Of a stretch of 64,000 bases of DNA, positions 47,629 to 56,196 are shown one piece after another. The position numbers were made by a program, and so were the translations under genes. Position 1 is the first letter of the stretch. Every line of letters starts with the position of its first letter. Under the pieces are notes generated by a model that ran no database searches, was not told the DNA's origin, and was given only the letters and a program-made list of their open reading frames with translations. Origin of the DNA: Meiothermus sp. (GTDB taxonomy: Bacteria > Deinococcota > Deinococci > Deinococcales > Thermaceae); the NCBI GenBank assembly GCA_033762915.1, contig JANRLD010000042.1:96001-160000 (forward strand). The letters run 5' to 3'.

Positions 47629-49314
47629 TCAACGCGGCAGTTCTGCTATGTACAGGTTTCGGTCTGCGGCCCCGAGGAAGACCACCCTCGAGCCGTCCGG
47701 CGAGACCTGCCACTGGTCGTAAGAGACCTTGGGCAGCTCCAACAGGCTTCGGCTGGTCTGGCTCGAGACGCTGTACTCCATCAAGGTGTGCCGCCGGACC
47801 CCTGGCGTTAAGGAGATGTAGACCAGGCGGTTGCTGTCGCGCCAGCGATAGGAGCCGAACCACTCAAGCGCCCGCCGCGTGCCGTCCTGCGCCTGCAGGA
47901 ACATCCCGTTGCGGCCCGGCGTGTCGAAGGCCACGTAGTAGGCGACCCAGCGCCCGTCCGGGCTGGCGGCGATGCCCCGCATCCCGTTGGCCTGGGCCAA
48001 AAGGGTGCGCTTTCCGCTGCGGAGGTCGAGGGTCTCGAGCCTTCTCAGCGCTTCGTCGGGCGCGTTCTTGCCGGAGACCAGGAGGGTGTTGGCGTCCAGC
48101 CAGCTTTGCACGCCGCCGCCGTAGAGGGTCAGGACTTGGCGCGGGCTGCCGCCCAGGGTGGAGACGAAAACCCTGGTGGTGCGCTGGTCGAAGTTGCCCT
48201 GGGTGGCGGTCACGTTCCAGGCGATCTGCTGGTTTCTCGGGCTCCAGACCACGCTCGAGCCCCGGGTGTCGACCCGCCACTGTCGCCCGTCGCCCAGGCG
48301 CTGGATCAGGCTGGGGGTGCCGGGCAGCAGGGCGTAGGCGAAGTCGGGCGAGAAGTAGGCCACCGGGAGCAGGGGCTTGGGCGCTTCGGGCTGGCCGGCC
48401 GAGACGCCGTAGAAGGCGGCAGGGCTCTGGGGGGTCGGCTTGTCTAGGAACAGCACCGTCTGCGAGTCCGGGCCCCACACCGGGCCGACGCAACAGCCCC
48501 CCGTGGTGAGGCGGCGAAAGCCTGTCGTTTGGCGGGCGGGCTGCAAGGAGGCCTGGCCATCGAGGTCGCGCAGACCCGGAAAGTCGCCCGCCAGCGTGGC
48601 GGGCCGCGCCGTGGTGCCGACCGGGGGCGGCCAGGTGCGCTCGAAGTCGGCCAGAATCCCGCCGCCGCGCCGGGCCTGGGGCTGCTGGTCGGGCTGCTGC
48701 CAGCGGCGGGGGTTGCCCAGGTCGCGCTGGAAGCCGCGCCCGCCGAAGCTGCCCGCCAGGGCCAGGCTGTCCCAGTCGGCGGCGATGTAGGGGATGGGGT
48801 TAAAGAAGCGCTGGTGCGAGTGGTCGCGGATCTCGAGGTGCAGGTGCGGCGCGCCGCTGCAGCTGCCCTGCGAGTCGCCCGACCGGGCGATCACCTGCCC
48901 GCGCCTGACCTGCTGGCCCACCCGCAGGGCAGGGCGCTCGAGCAGGTGCCCGTAAAGGCTCGCCAGCCCGCCGGCATGATGGATGACCAGGTTGTGCGGC
49001 GGTGAGCCGTGCGGGCCGTCTACCTCAACGACCACGCCGTCCCCAATCGCCACTACCGGCGTCCCGCACCGCGCTGAGAAGTCCAGCCCGAAGTGGATGC
49101 CCTGCCCCGCGCGGTATGCGCTCAGCCGCTGCCGAAAGGCCCCCACCGTGTTGCCGTAGAGCTGGCCCAGTAGCCAGGTGCCGTAGCCGGGCGCGGCGGC
49201 GAAGGGCAGCCCGAACTGCCTGCTGGGCGGCGCGATCTGTGCGTCGGGCAGCGGTGGGACAGAGTGGGCAAGCGAAAGTCCGGTGAGCAGAAAAAGCCCG
49301 ATCAGGCGGCGCAT
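47629..49314 (-). CDS. Secreted M23 metallopeptidase with a C-terminal TolB-like beta-propeller
   Basis: Signal MRRLIGLFLLTGLSLAH; HFGLDF, YGHL, PHLHLEIR; WSP/SPDG propeller repeats. The longer ORF-track start is antisense to rhaS. Confidence 0.88.
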   Translation of the reverse strand: MRRLIGLFLLTGLSLAHSVPPLPDAQIAPPSRQFGLPFAAAPGYGTWLLGQLYGNTVGAFRQRLSAYRAGQGIHFGLDFSARCGTPVVAIGDGVVVEVDGPHGSPPHNLVIHHAGGLASLYGHLLERPALRVGQQVRRGQVIARSGDSQGSCSGAPHLHLEIRDHSHQRFFNPIPYIAADWDSLALAGSFGGRGFQRDLGNPRRWQQPDQQPQARRGGGILADFERTWPPPVGTTARPATLAGDFPGLRDLDGQASLQPARQTTGFRRLTTGGCCVGPVWGPDSQTVLFLDKPTPQSPAAFYGVSAGQPEAPKPLLPVAYFSPDFAYALLPGTPSLIQRLGDGRQWRVDTRGSSVVWSPRNQQIAWNVTATQGNFDQRTTRVFVSTLGGSPRQVLTLYGGGVQSWLDANTLLVSGKNAPDEALRRLETLDLRSGKRTLLAQANGMRGIAASPDGRWVAYYVAFDTPGRNGMFLQAQDGTRRALEWFGSYRWRDSNRLVYISLTPGVRRHTLMEYSVSSQTSRSLLELPKVSYDQWQVSPDGSRVVFLGAADRNLYIAELPR

Positions 49315-49369
49315 CCCCAGATTCTTCCGGTTTTTTGTTGGCGCCGGGTGAGTGTTGGAGGGGTCGCTA

Positions 49370-49458
49370 TTGACAGGAGTTTGTGTTGCAAGCGAAAATG
49401 TACGCACAGTGCAGTAACTAACAAAAATCTGTTGCAATTTTGCAACAAATTTGCAACA
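49370..49458 (+). promoter_or_regulatory. rha operon promoter/operator region with TGTTGCAA half-sites
   Basis: TTGACA at 49370; TGTTGCAA at 49384; near-perfect palindrome TGTTGCAATTTTGCAACA at 49430-49447; TTGCAACA at 49451. Confidence 0.65.
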
Positions 49459-49491
49459 TTTGGTTGCTGGGCACTGTCTCGAGGAGGAGCC

Positions 49492-50502
49492 ATGCGAAGA
49501 AGAAGTGTTTTGCTGGTGCTGGGCCTGGTGGCGCTGGTGGCAATGGGGAGCGTGGCCTCGGCGCAGCAGCAGCGGGTGCGCATCGCCATGTTGGTCAAGA
49601 GCCTGGGTAACGGGTTCTTCGAGGCGGCACGGGACGGCGGGATGGAGGCCGCCAAGCAACTGGGGGCCAACGTCGAGCTGATCTACACCGGCCCCACTGC
49701 CGCCACCGCCGAGGGCCAGATCGAGATCATCAACAACCTGATCGCCCAGCGGGTGGACGCCATCGTGATCTCCGCCAACGACCCCAACGCCTTGATCCCG
49801 GCCACCAAGCGGGCCATGGAACGCGGTATCAAGGTCATCTCCTTCGACTCCGGAATTGCGGCGGGCGGGCGGCTGATGCACCTTAACCCCTCCAACGTGC
49901 AGCTCATCGGCCAGAAGCAGATTGACATGATCTCCAAGACCCTGGGCGCGCAGGGCGGCGAGATCGCCGTCCTCTCCGCCACCGCCCAGGCCACCAACCA
50001 GAACGCCTGGATCGCCGCCATGCGTCAGACCCTCCAGCAGTCTCAGTACCGCAACCTGCGCCTGGTGGACGTGGTCTACGGCGATGACCAGTCCGACAAG
50101 TCCTACCGCGAGGCGCTGGCCCTGTTCCAGAAGTACCCCAACCTCAGGGGCATCATCGCCCCCACCACCGTCGGCATCGCTGCGGCCGCCAAGGCCGTAC
50201 AGGATCGCAACCTGGTGGGTAAGGTCTTCGTGACCGGGCTGGGCCTGCCCTCCGAGATGGCCGGCTATGTGAAGGCTGGCTCGGTGCAGACCTTTGCCAT
50301 CTGGAACCCCATCGACCTGGGCTACTCGGCGGTCTTCGCGGCCTACCAGTTCGTCACCAACAGGGCCACCGGCAAGGCGGGCGAGAGGATCTCCATCGGG
50401 CGCATGGGCACCATCACCCTCGATGACAAGACCGAGGCCGCGATGGCCGAGCCCTTCACCTTCGACAAGAACAACGTGGACCGCTTCGCCAAGATTTTCT
50501 AA
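49492..50502 (+). CDS. rhaS: Rhamnose ABC transporter substrate-binding protein
   Basis: VKSLGNGFF, YTGPT..TAEGQIE, ISAND, ATNQNAWI, YGDDQSDKSYREA, TGLGLPSEM, IWNPIDLGY; matches the rhizobial RhaS type. Confidence 0.9.
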   Translation: MRRRSVLLVLGLVALVAMGSVASAQQQRVRIAMLVKSLGNGFFEAARDGGMEAAKQLGANVELIYTGPTAATAEGQIEIINNLIAQRVDAIVISANDPNALIPATKRAMERGIKVISFDSGIAAGGRLMHLNPSNVQLIGQKQIDMISKTLGAQGGEIAVLSATAQATNQNAWIAAMRQTLQQSQYRNLRLVDVVYGDDQSDKSYREALALFQKYPNLRGIIAPTTVGIAAAAKAVQDRNLVGKVFVTGLGLPSEMAGYVKAGSVQTFAIWNPIDLGYSAVFAAYQFVTNRATGKAGERISIGRMGTITLDDKTEAAMAEPFTFDKNNVDRFAKIF

Positions 50503-50600
50503 GCGGGGTTGAAGGTTGACTGTTGAAGGTCGAAGGAAAACCGACGCCTTCAACAGTCAATCTATTCAGGTCAGCCGCACGCTCACCCTGGGCTTACCCT

Positions 50601-50774
50601 GTCATTCTCACGGCCAGGAATCCCTGAAGGGTGGGCACAAGCCCACCCAATGTTGCGAACCGACCGTCAGCGCCGCCAAGGGGTGGACGACATGACGCAG
50701 TAAAGGCTCTTCGCTCCTCTGCCCATCGGGGTTGCAGGGCGTTCGCAGCGAGGGAGAGGTTGGCTCAGAATGAG
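50601..50774. repeat. Degenerate repeat bounded by GTCATTCTCA...GCTCAGAATGAG
   Basis: Imperfect inverted ends; a related half (GAGATC...GCTCAGAATGAC) lies at 43957-43996. Confidence 0.5.
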
Positions 50775-50893
50775 AGTGGAGTTCGTTCAAAAACACTCGA
50801 GCCGGCCCAAGGCCAACACCGGACCTCACTTTCCCCTTCCCGTTCCCGCACCCTTTATGCTTCTTGGCTAGCCGCCACCCTCCGCCCGACCTT

Positions 50894-52393
50894 ATGCCCT
50901 ACCTCCAACTCCAAAACCTCTCCAAGTCCTTCGGCCCCACTAAGGCGGTGCAGGGGGTGGGGTTCGGCCTCGAGCCTGGCGAGGTGCTGGCCCTCATCGG
51001 GGAGAACGGGGCGGGGAAGTCCACGGTGGTCAAGATGCTGACCGGGATTTACGCGCCGGATGAGGGGACGATCTCGCTGAGCGGCGAGGAGGTGCGGTTC
51101 ACCAACCCGCAGGAGGCCTGGCGCAAGGGCATCACCGCCATCCACCAGGAGACGGTGATGTTCGACGAGCTAAGCGTGGCCGAGAACCTCTTCGTCGGAA
51201 GGCACCCGCTGAGGACCCGCTGGTTCGGGGGTGGCCTGGTGGACTGGAAGAAGCTCAACGCCGAGGCCGAGAGGGTGCTGGCCCAGGTGGACGCCAAGAT
51301 CGACCCGCAGACTCCGCTGAAGGAACTCAGTGTGGCGCAGAAGCACCTGGTGCAGATCGCCAGGGCGCTCTCGCAGGAGGCCGGCGTGGTCATCATGGAC
51401 GAGCCGACCGCCGCGCTCTCCAAGGCCGAGATCGAGGACCTGTACCGGGTGGTGCGGCGGCTCAAGGCGGAGGGGAAGGCGGTCTTGCTGATCACCCATA
51501 AGTTCGACGAGGTCTTCGCGCTGGCCGACCGCTACGTGGTGCTGCGCGACGGGCAGAAAGTGGGGGAGGGCCTGATCGCCGAGACCGACAGCGACCGGCT
51601 GATCCGGCTGATGGCCGGGCGTGAGGTGGGGGACATCTTCCCCAAGACGCCCGCCGAGCTGGGGGAGACGGTGCTCGAGGTCGAGGGCTTTAGCCACCCC
51701 AGCGAGTTCGAGGGCGTGAGCTTTAGCGTGCGGCGGGGGGAAATCCTGGGCTTCTACGGGCTGGTGGGGGCGGGCCGCAGCGAGGTGATGCAGGCGGTGT
51801 TCGGGCTCAGCCCGTTGGCGCGGGGGGGCGTGCGGCTAGAGGGCCGGCCCGTTGCCATCCGCAGCCCCGCCGACGCCGTGCGCTACGGACTGGTCTATGT
51901 ACCCGAGGACCGCCAACACAGCGGCGCGATTCTGCCGATGAGCATCCTGCACAACATCACCCTGCCCACCCTTGGGCGCATCGTGGGCGGCTGGCTGCTG
52001 CGGCGTGAGCGCGAGGAGAAGGTGGCGATGGAGTACGCCGGGCGGCTCTCGCTGCGGGCGGCGCACCTCGATCAGAGCGTCTCCGAGCTGTCGGGCGGCA
52101 ACCAGCAGAAGGTGGTCATCAGCAAGTGGCTGGCCTCGGAGCCCAAGGTCATCATCCTCGACGAGCCCACCAAGGGCATCGACGTGGGCGCGAAGGCCGC
52201 TGTCCACGGCTTCATGAACGAGCTGGTGCAGAAGGGGTTGGGGGTGGTGCTGGTCAGCTCCGAGCTGCCCGAGGTGATGCACATGGCCGACCGCATCGTG
52301 GTGATGCGCGAGGGCCGGACGGTCGGCGAGTTCGACGCCAAGACCGCCCGCGCCGAGGAGATCGTAGCCAAGGCGGCGGGGGTGGTGGCGTGA
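50894..52393 (+). CDS. rhaT: Sugar (rhamnose) ABC ATPase, CUT2 tandem NBD
   Basis: GENGAGKST, MDEPT, GLVGAGRSE, PEDR, LSGGNQQK, DEPTKGIDVG. Confidence 0.92.
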   Translation: MPYLQLQNLSKSFGPTKAVQGVGFGLEPGEVLALIGENGAGKSTVVKMLTGIYAPDEGTISLSGEEVRFTNPQEAWRKGITAIHQETVMFDELSVAENLFVGRHPLRTRWFGGGLVDWKKLNAEAERVLAQVDAKIDPQTPLKELSVAQKHLVQIARALSQEAGVVIMDEPTAALSKAEIEDLYRVVRRLKAEGKAVLLITHKFDEVFALADRYVVLRDGQKVGEGLIAETDSDRLIRLMAGREVGDIFPKTPAELGETVLEVEGFSHPSEFEGVSFSVRRGEILGFYGLVGAGRSEVMQAVFGLSPLARGGVRLEGRPVAIRSPADAVRYGLVYVPEDRQHSGAILPMSILHNITLPTLGRIVGGWLLRREREEKVAMEYAGRLSLRAAHLDQSVSELSGGNQQKVVISKWLASEPKVIILDEPTKGIDVGAKAAVHGFMNELVQKGLGVVLVSSELPEVMHMADRIVVMREGRTVGEFDAKTARAEEIVAKAAGVVA

Positions 52394-52481
52394 GTCGAGG
52401 TGTTTGCTCTAGAGTCCCTTCTCCCTCGACGGGGGAGGGGGCGGTGTGCGTGGGGCGTATGGTTTTAGGGAGCCTCGAGCT

Positions 52482-53477
52482 GTGAACGCCTTCTTCAAAA
52501 CCTACCGCCGCGAGTCCATCCTGCTGGGTTTGCTGGTGCTGCTGGCGGTCTTCGTGGCCCTGCGACAGCCGAGTTTTGTCAGCCCGAAAAATCTCGAGTT
52601 CATCTGGCACGACAGCGCCCTGCTGATAGCGATGGCGCTGGCCCAGATGCTGGTCATCATGAGCCGGGGGATTGACCTCTCGGTGGCGGCCAACCTGGCG
52701 CTCACCGGGATGCTGGTGGGGATGCTGGGGCAGGAGTTCCCTGGCCTGCCGATCTGGGTGCTGCTGCCGCTGGGGCTGCTGATCGGTCTGCTGCTGGGCG
52801 TGGTTAACGCGCTGCTGATCACCGCGCTCGAGATTCCCCCCATCGTGGCCACCCTGGGTACCATGAGCATCTTCCGGGGGGTCATCTACGTGGTGAGCGG
52901 CGGCGAGTGGATCAACTCCAACGAGATGTCCCCCGCCATGCAGGCCTTCTCGAGCCCCAACACCCGGCTTTTGGGCCTGAGCATGCTCGAGTGGGTCTCG
53001 ATCGCTGCGGTGGTCCTCTTCTTCCTGCTGGTTCACCATTCCAGGTTCGGGCGCGAAATCCGGGCCCTGGGAGTCAACCCGGTCGCCGCCCAGTACATGG
53101 GCATCCCGGAGAAGCGGCGGCTGTTCTCGCTGTACGCGCTCAGCGGGGCAGTGGCGGGCGCGGTCGGGGTGATGTGGGTGGGGCGCTACGCCCTGGCCAA
53201 CACCGAGGTCGCGCTGGGCTTCGAGCTACAGGTGATCGCGGCCTGTGTGCTGGGTGGGGTCAGCATCGCGGGCGGCACTGGCACGGTCTTCGGCGCGGTG
53301 GTGGGCGCCTTCTTCCTGGTCACCCTCTACAACGCCCTGCCGGTTATCGGCATCTCGCCGTTCTGGCAGATGGGTTTGGTGGGGGTCGCCATCCTGCTCG
53401 CTGCGGTTTTCAACCAGGGCGCGGGCCGGGTGGCGGGCAAGCAGATTCTGCGAAAGGAGGGGGCAGCGGGGGATTAG
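52482..53477 (+). CDS. rhaP: Rhamnose ABC permease
   Basis: GIDLSVA, PPIVATLG, GFELQVIAACVLGGVSI.GG, ISPFWQ. Confidence 0.85.
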   Translation: MNAFFKTYRRESILLGLLVLLAVFVALRQPSFVSPKNLEFIWHDSALLIAMALAQMLVIMSRGIDLSVAANLALTGMLVGMLGQEFPGLPIWVLLPLGLLIGLLLGVVNALLITALEIPPIVATLGTMSIFRGVIYVVSGGEWINSNEMSPAMQAFSSPNTRLLGLSMLEWVSIAAVVLFFLLVHHSRFGREIRALGVNPVAAQYMGIPEKRRLFSLYALSGAVAGAVGVMWVGRYALANTEVALGFELQVIAACVLGGVSIAGGTGTVFGAVVGAFFLVTLYNALPVIGISPFWQMGLVGVAILLAAVFNQGAGRVAGKQILRKEGAAGD

Positions 53478-53677
53478 GATGCGGTTCGAACTCGAGGCGG
53501 GAATCCCGGTGAACAGACCCCCCAAGACCCTCGCGCTCAATCCCTCGAGTCCGGCTGGTCCGCGCAACGTGCCTTGACGCGGCCTCGACAGACCCTTCGC
53601 CCGGGCCCCGCGAACAACGACCCCCGATGGCGGGTCAGGCGCAGAACGGATTTTCGCCTCTCTCACCCCTCCACATC

Positions 53678-54679
53678 ATGAACAAGCCGCTCCCCCAACC
53701 CTCCCTCAGGCCCCGCGCCCCCTTCCGCTGGCAGGGCTTGTTGCTGCGCTGGGAGCTGATTCTGGCGCTGCTGCTGCTGGGGGTGATGCTGGTCAACTCC
53801 AGGCTCTCCCCCTTCTTCTTCGACCCCTTCAACCTGGGCGACGCCACCTTCAACTTCGCCGAGAAGGGCATCATGGCCCTGGCGATGGCGCTGGTGATCC
53901 TGTGCCGCGACATAGACCTTTCGGTCGCCTCGATCATGGCGCTGTCCTCGCTGACGATGGGGCTGGCGGCGCAGCAGGGCGTGGGGCTGTGGGGCCTGAT
54001 CGCGGTGGGGGTGCTGACCGGCGCCGTGTGCGGGGCCTTCAACGGCTTCCTGGTGATCCGCTTCGCCATCCCCGCCATCGCCATCACGCTGGGCACCATG
54101 TCGCTGTTCCGGGGTATCTCCCAGGCCGTGCTGGGCGACCAGGCCCTCACCCAGTACCCCGCCGCGTTCGCCGCGATGGGTCAGGGCTACGCGGTCAAGT
54201 TCGTGCCAATCAGCTTCGCGGTCTTTTTGATCTTGGCCCTGGTGGTGGGTTTCATGCTGCACCGCACCCGCTGGGGCCGCGACCTCTACGCCATCGGCAA
54301 CAACCCCGAGGCGGCCCGCTTCTCCGGCATCCCGGTGAGCCTCTACCGCTTCGCCCTGTTCGTGCTGAGCGGCACCTTCGCGGGGCTGGCCGCCGTCTTC
54401 CTGACTGCCCGCATCAGCTCGACCCGGCCCAACATCGCCCAGGGCTGGGAGCTGGACGTGATCACGATGGTGGTGCTGGGCGGGGTGAGCATCGCGGGCG
54501 GGGTCGGGGGCATCCTCGGCGTGGTGCTGGCGGTGCTGCTGCTGGGCATGATCAGCTTCGGGCTGGGCCTGCTGAACGTGCCGGGCATCGTGGCCTCCAT
54601 CGCAATCGGGGCGCTGCTGCTGACGGCAATCGCGCTTCCGCCGCTGATTAAGCGCTTGACCAGGGGGGGCTCGAGGTAG
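53678..54679 (+). CDS. rhaQ: Rhamnose ABC permease
   Basis: RWE, DATFNF.EK, DIDLSVA, AIGNN, STRPNIA.GWEL. Confidence 0.85.
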   Translation: MNKPLPQPSLRPRAPFRWQGLLLRWELILALLLLGVMLVNSRLSPFFFDPFNLGDATFNFAEKGIMALAMALVILCRDIDLSVASIMALSSLTMGLAAQQGVGLWGLIAVGVLTGAVCGAFNGFLVIRFAIPAIAITLGTMSLFRGISQAVLGDQALTQYPAAFAAMGQGYAVKFVPISFAVFLILALVVGFMLHRTRWGRDLYAIGNNPEAARFSGIPVSLYRFALFVLSGTFAGLAAVFLTARISSTRPNIAQGWELDVITMVVLGGVSIAGGVGGILGVVLAVLLLGMISFGLGLLNVPGIVASIAIGALLLTAIALPPLIKRLTRGGSR

Positions 54680-54806
54680 GGGCGCGGTCGGCGCCACAGG
54701 CCGCCCTCTGCACAACCGGTCGTTCCTCGGCCCTCGCTCTGCGGCGCAGACGGCGGCCAGGTCCAAAAGCCGTGTATCATCTGCATTATCCAAACGGGTG
54801 AGGCAT

Positions 54807-55532
54807 ATGGCGGAGTCGCTGAGGGGAAAAGTCGCGCTGGTCACAGGGGCGAGTTCGGGTATCGGGGAGGCCACGGCTCGAGCCCTGGCCGCAGAAGGCG
54901 TTCGTCTGGCGCTGGTGGCCCGCTCGAAGGAGAAGCTCGAAGCGTTGGCCGCCGAGCTGGGCGACGCACTGGCGGTCGCGGCCGACGTGGCCGAGCCGGG
55001 GCAGCTCGAGGCGGCGGTGCGGCGGAGCCTCGAGCACTTCGGGCGGATCGACGTCTTGCTGCCTAATGCCGGGCTCTACATCCCCGGCGATGTGTGGGAG
55101 GGGAATCCGGACGAGTGGGATTACCTGCTGCGCGTCAACGTGAACGCGGTGTTCCGGCTGGTGAACCTGGTGCTGCCGCACATGATGGCGCGCGGCAGCG
55201 GCGACATCCTGGTGACGAGTTCGATCTCCGGGCATCAGGCCATCCAGTGGGAGCCGGTTTACAGCGCCTCCAAACACGCGATCCAGTCCTTCGTGCACGG
55301 GGTGCGGCGGCAGGTCAGGGGCCACGGCATCCGGGTCGGCGCAATCGCCCCCGGCATCGTGCTCAACAACATCTGGAAAGTCCACGACGAGGAGGCCATC
55401 GGCCGGCAGGTCGCCGCCAAGGCCGGCATCCGCTCGGAGGACGTGGCCGAGGCCGTGGTGTGGATGCTCTCGAGGCCCCCGCACGTGACCATCCGGGACC
55501 TGGTGATCCTGCCGCAGGGCCAGGACATCTAA
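54807..55532 (+). CDS. Ribitol 2-dehydrogenase-like SDR
   Basis: [62 protein letters not shown]; closely follows the RbtD pattern. Confidence 0.85.
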   Translation: MAESLRGKVALVTGASSGIGEATARALAAEGVRLALVARSKEKLEALAAELGDALAVAADVAEPGQLEAAVRRSLEHFGRIDVLLPNAGLYIPGDVWEGNPDEWDYLLRVNVNAVFRLVNLVLPHMMARGSGDILVTSSISGHQAIQWEPVYSASKHAIQSFVHGVRRQVRGHGIRVGAIAPGIVLNNIWKVHDEEAIGRQVAAKAGIRSEDVAEAVVWMLSRPPHVTIRDLVILPQGQDI

Positions 55533-55872
55533 GTTGCGCCATAGTAAGATTGCAGGACTTCAGCACACCCTCATCAGCGAGCGGCTTGTGGGCGCAATTG
55601 CCCGATCCATCGGCGAGTGCGGATGCTGTAATTCCACTATGGAGATACTTAGTTGCGCTAGGGCGGGCGTGCACAGTGTGTGCCGGAGTGCGCGGCTGCG
55701 GCACCCGCTGGCCCCGCCAAGGCCCCGGCGCAGCTCAGTGGGTTTTCGGCGGACAGCGATCGCGATGCCGACGAAGGCCCGGTCGGGCGAACCGCGTCAG
55801 AGACTTTGCCGACACGCCCCCGAAGCCGAAGAGCCGCCCGAACCATACCCGTTGACGCAGCAGGAGGGACCG

Positions 55873-56187
55873 ATGCAGAAATACGCCTTCAAGATGAAGC
55901 TCAACCCCGGCCAGAAGGACGAGTACAAGCGGCGCCACGACGCGATATGGCCCGAGCTGGTGGACCTGCTGCGCCTGGCCGGGGTGCGCGACTACAGCAT
56001 TCACTTAGACGAGGAGACCCACACCCTGTTCGGGGTGCTGTGGCGTACCGATGATCACAAGATGGACCAGCTGCCCGCCCACGAGGTGATGCAGAGGTGG
56101 TGGGCCCACATGGCCGACCTGATGGCGACCAACCCGGACCGTTCGCCGGTCGCGGTCCCCCTCGAGACCGTATTCCACATGGAGTGA
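55873..56187 (+). CDS. rhaM: L-rhamnose mutarotase
   Basis: [50 protein letters not shown]. Confidence 0.95.
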   Translation: MQKYAFKMKLNPGQKDEYKRRHDAIWPELVDLLRLAGVRDYSIHLDEETHTLFGVLWRTDDHKMDQLPAHEVMQRWWAHMADLMATNPDRSPVAVPLETVFHME

Positions 56188-56196
56188 GGAAGCCCC

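Noticed and set aside
49315..50553. 974-aa ORF as a giant M23 fusion
   Set aside because: The N-terminal 413 codons are the antisense shadow of rhaS and its promoter; a signal peptide begins at ATG 49314.
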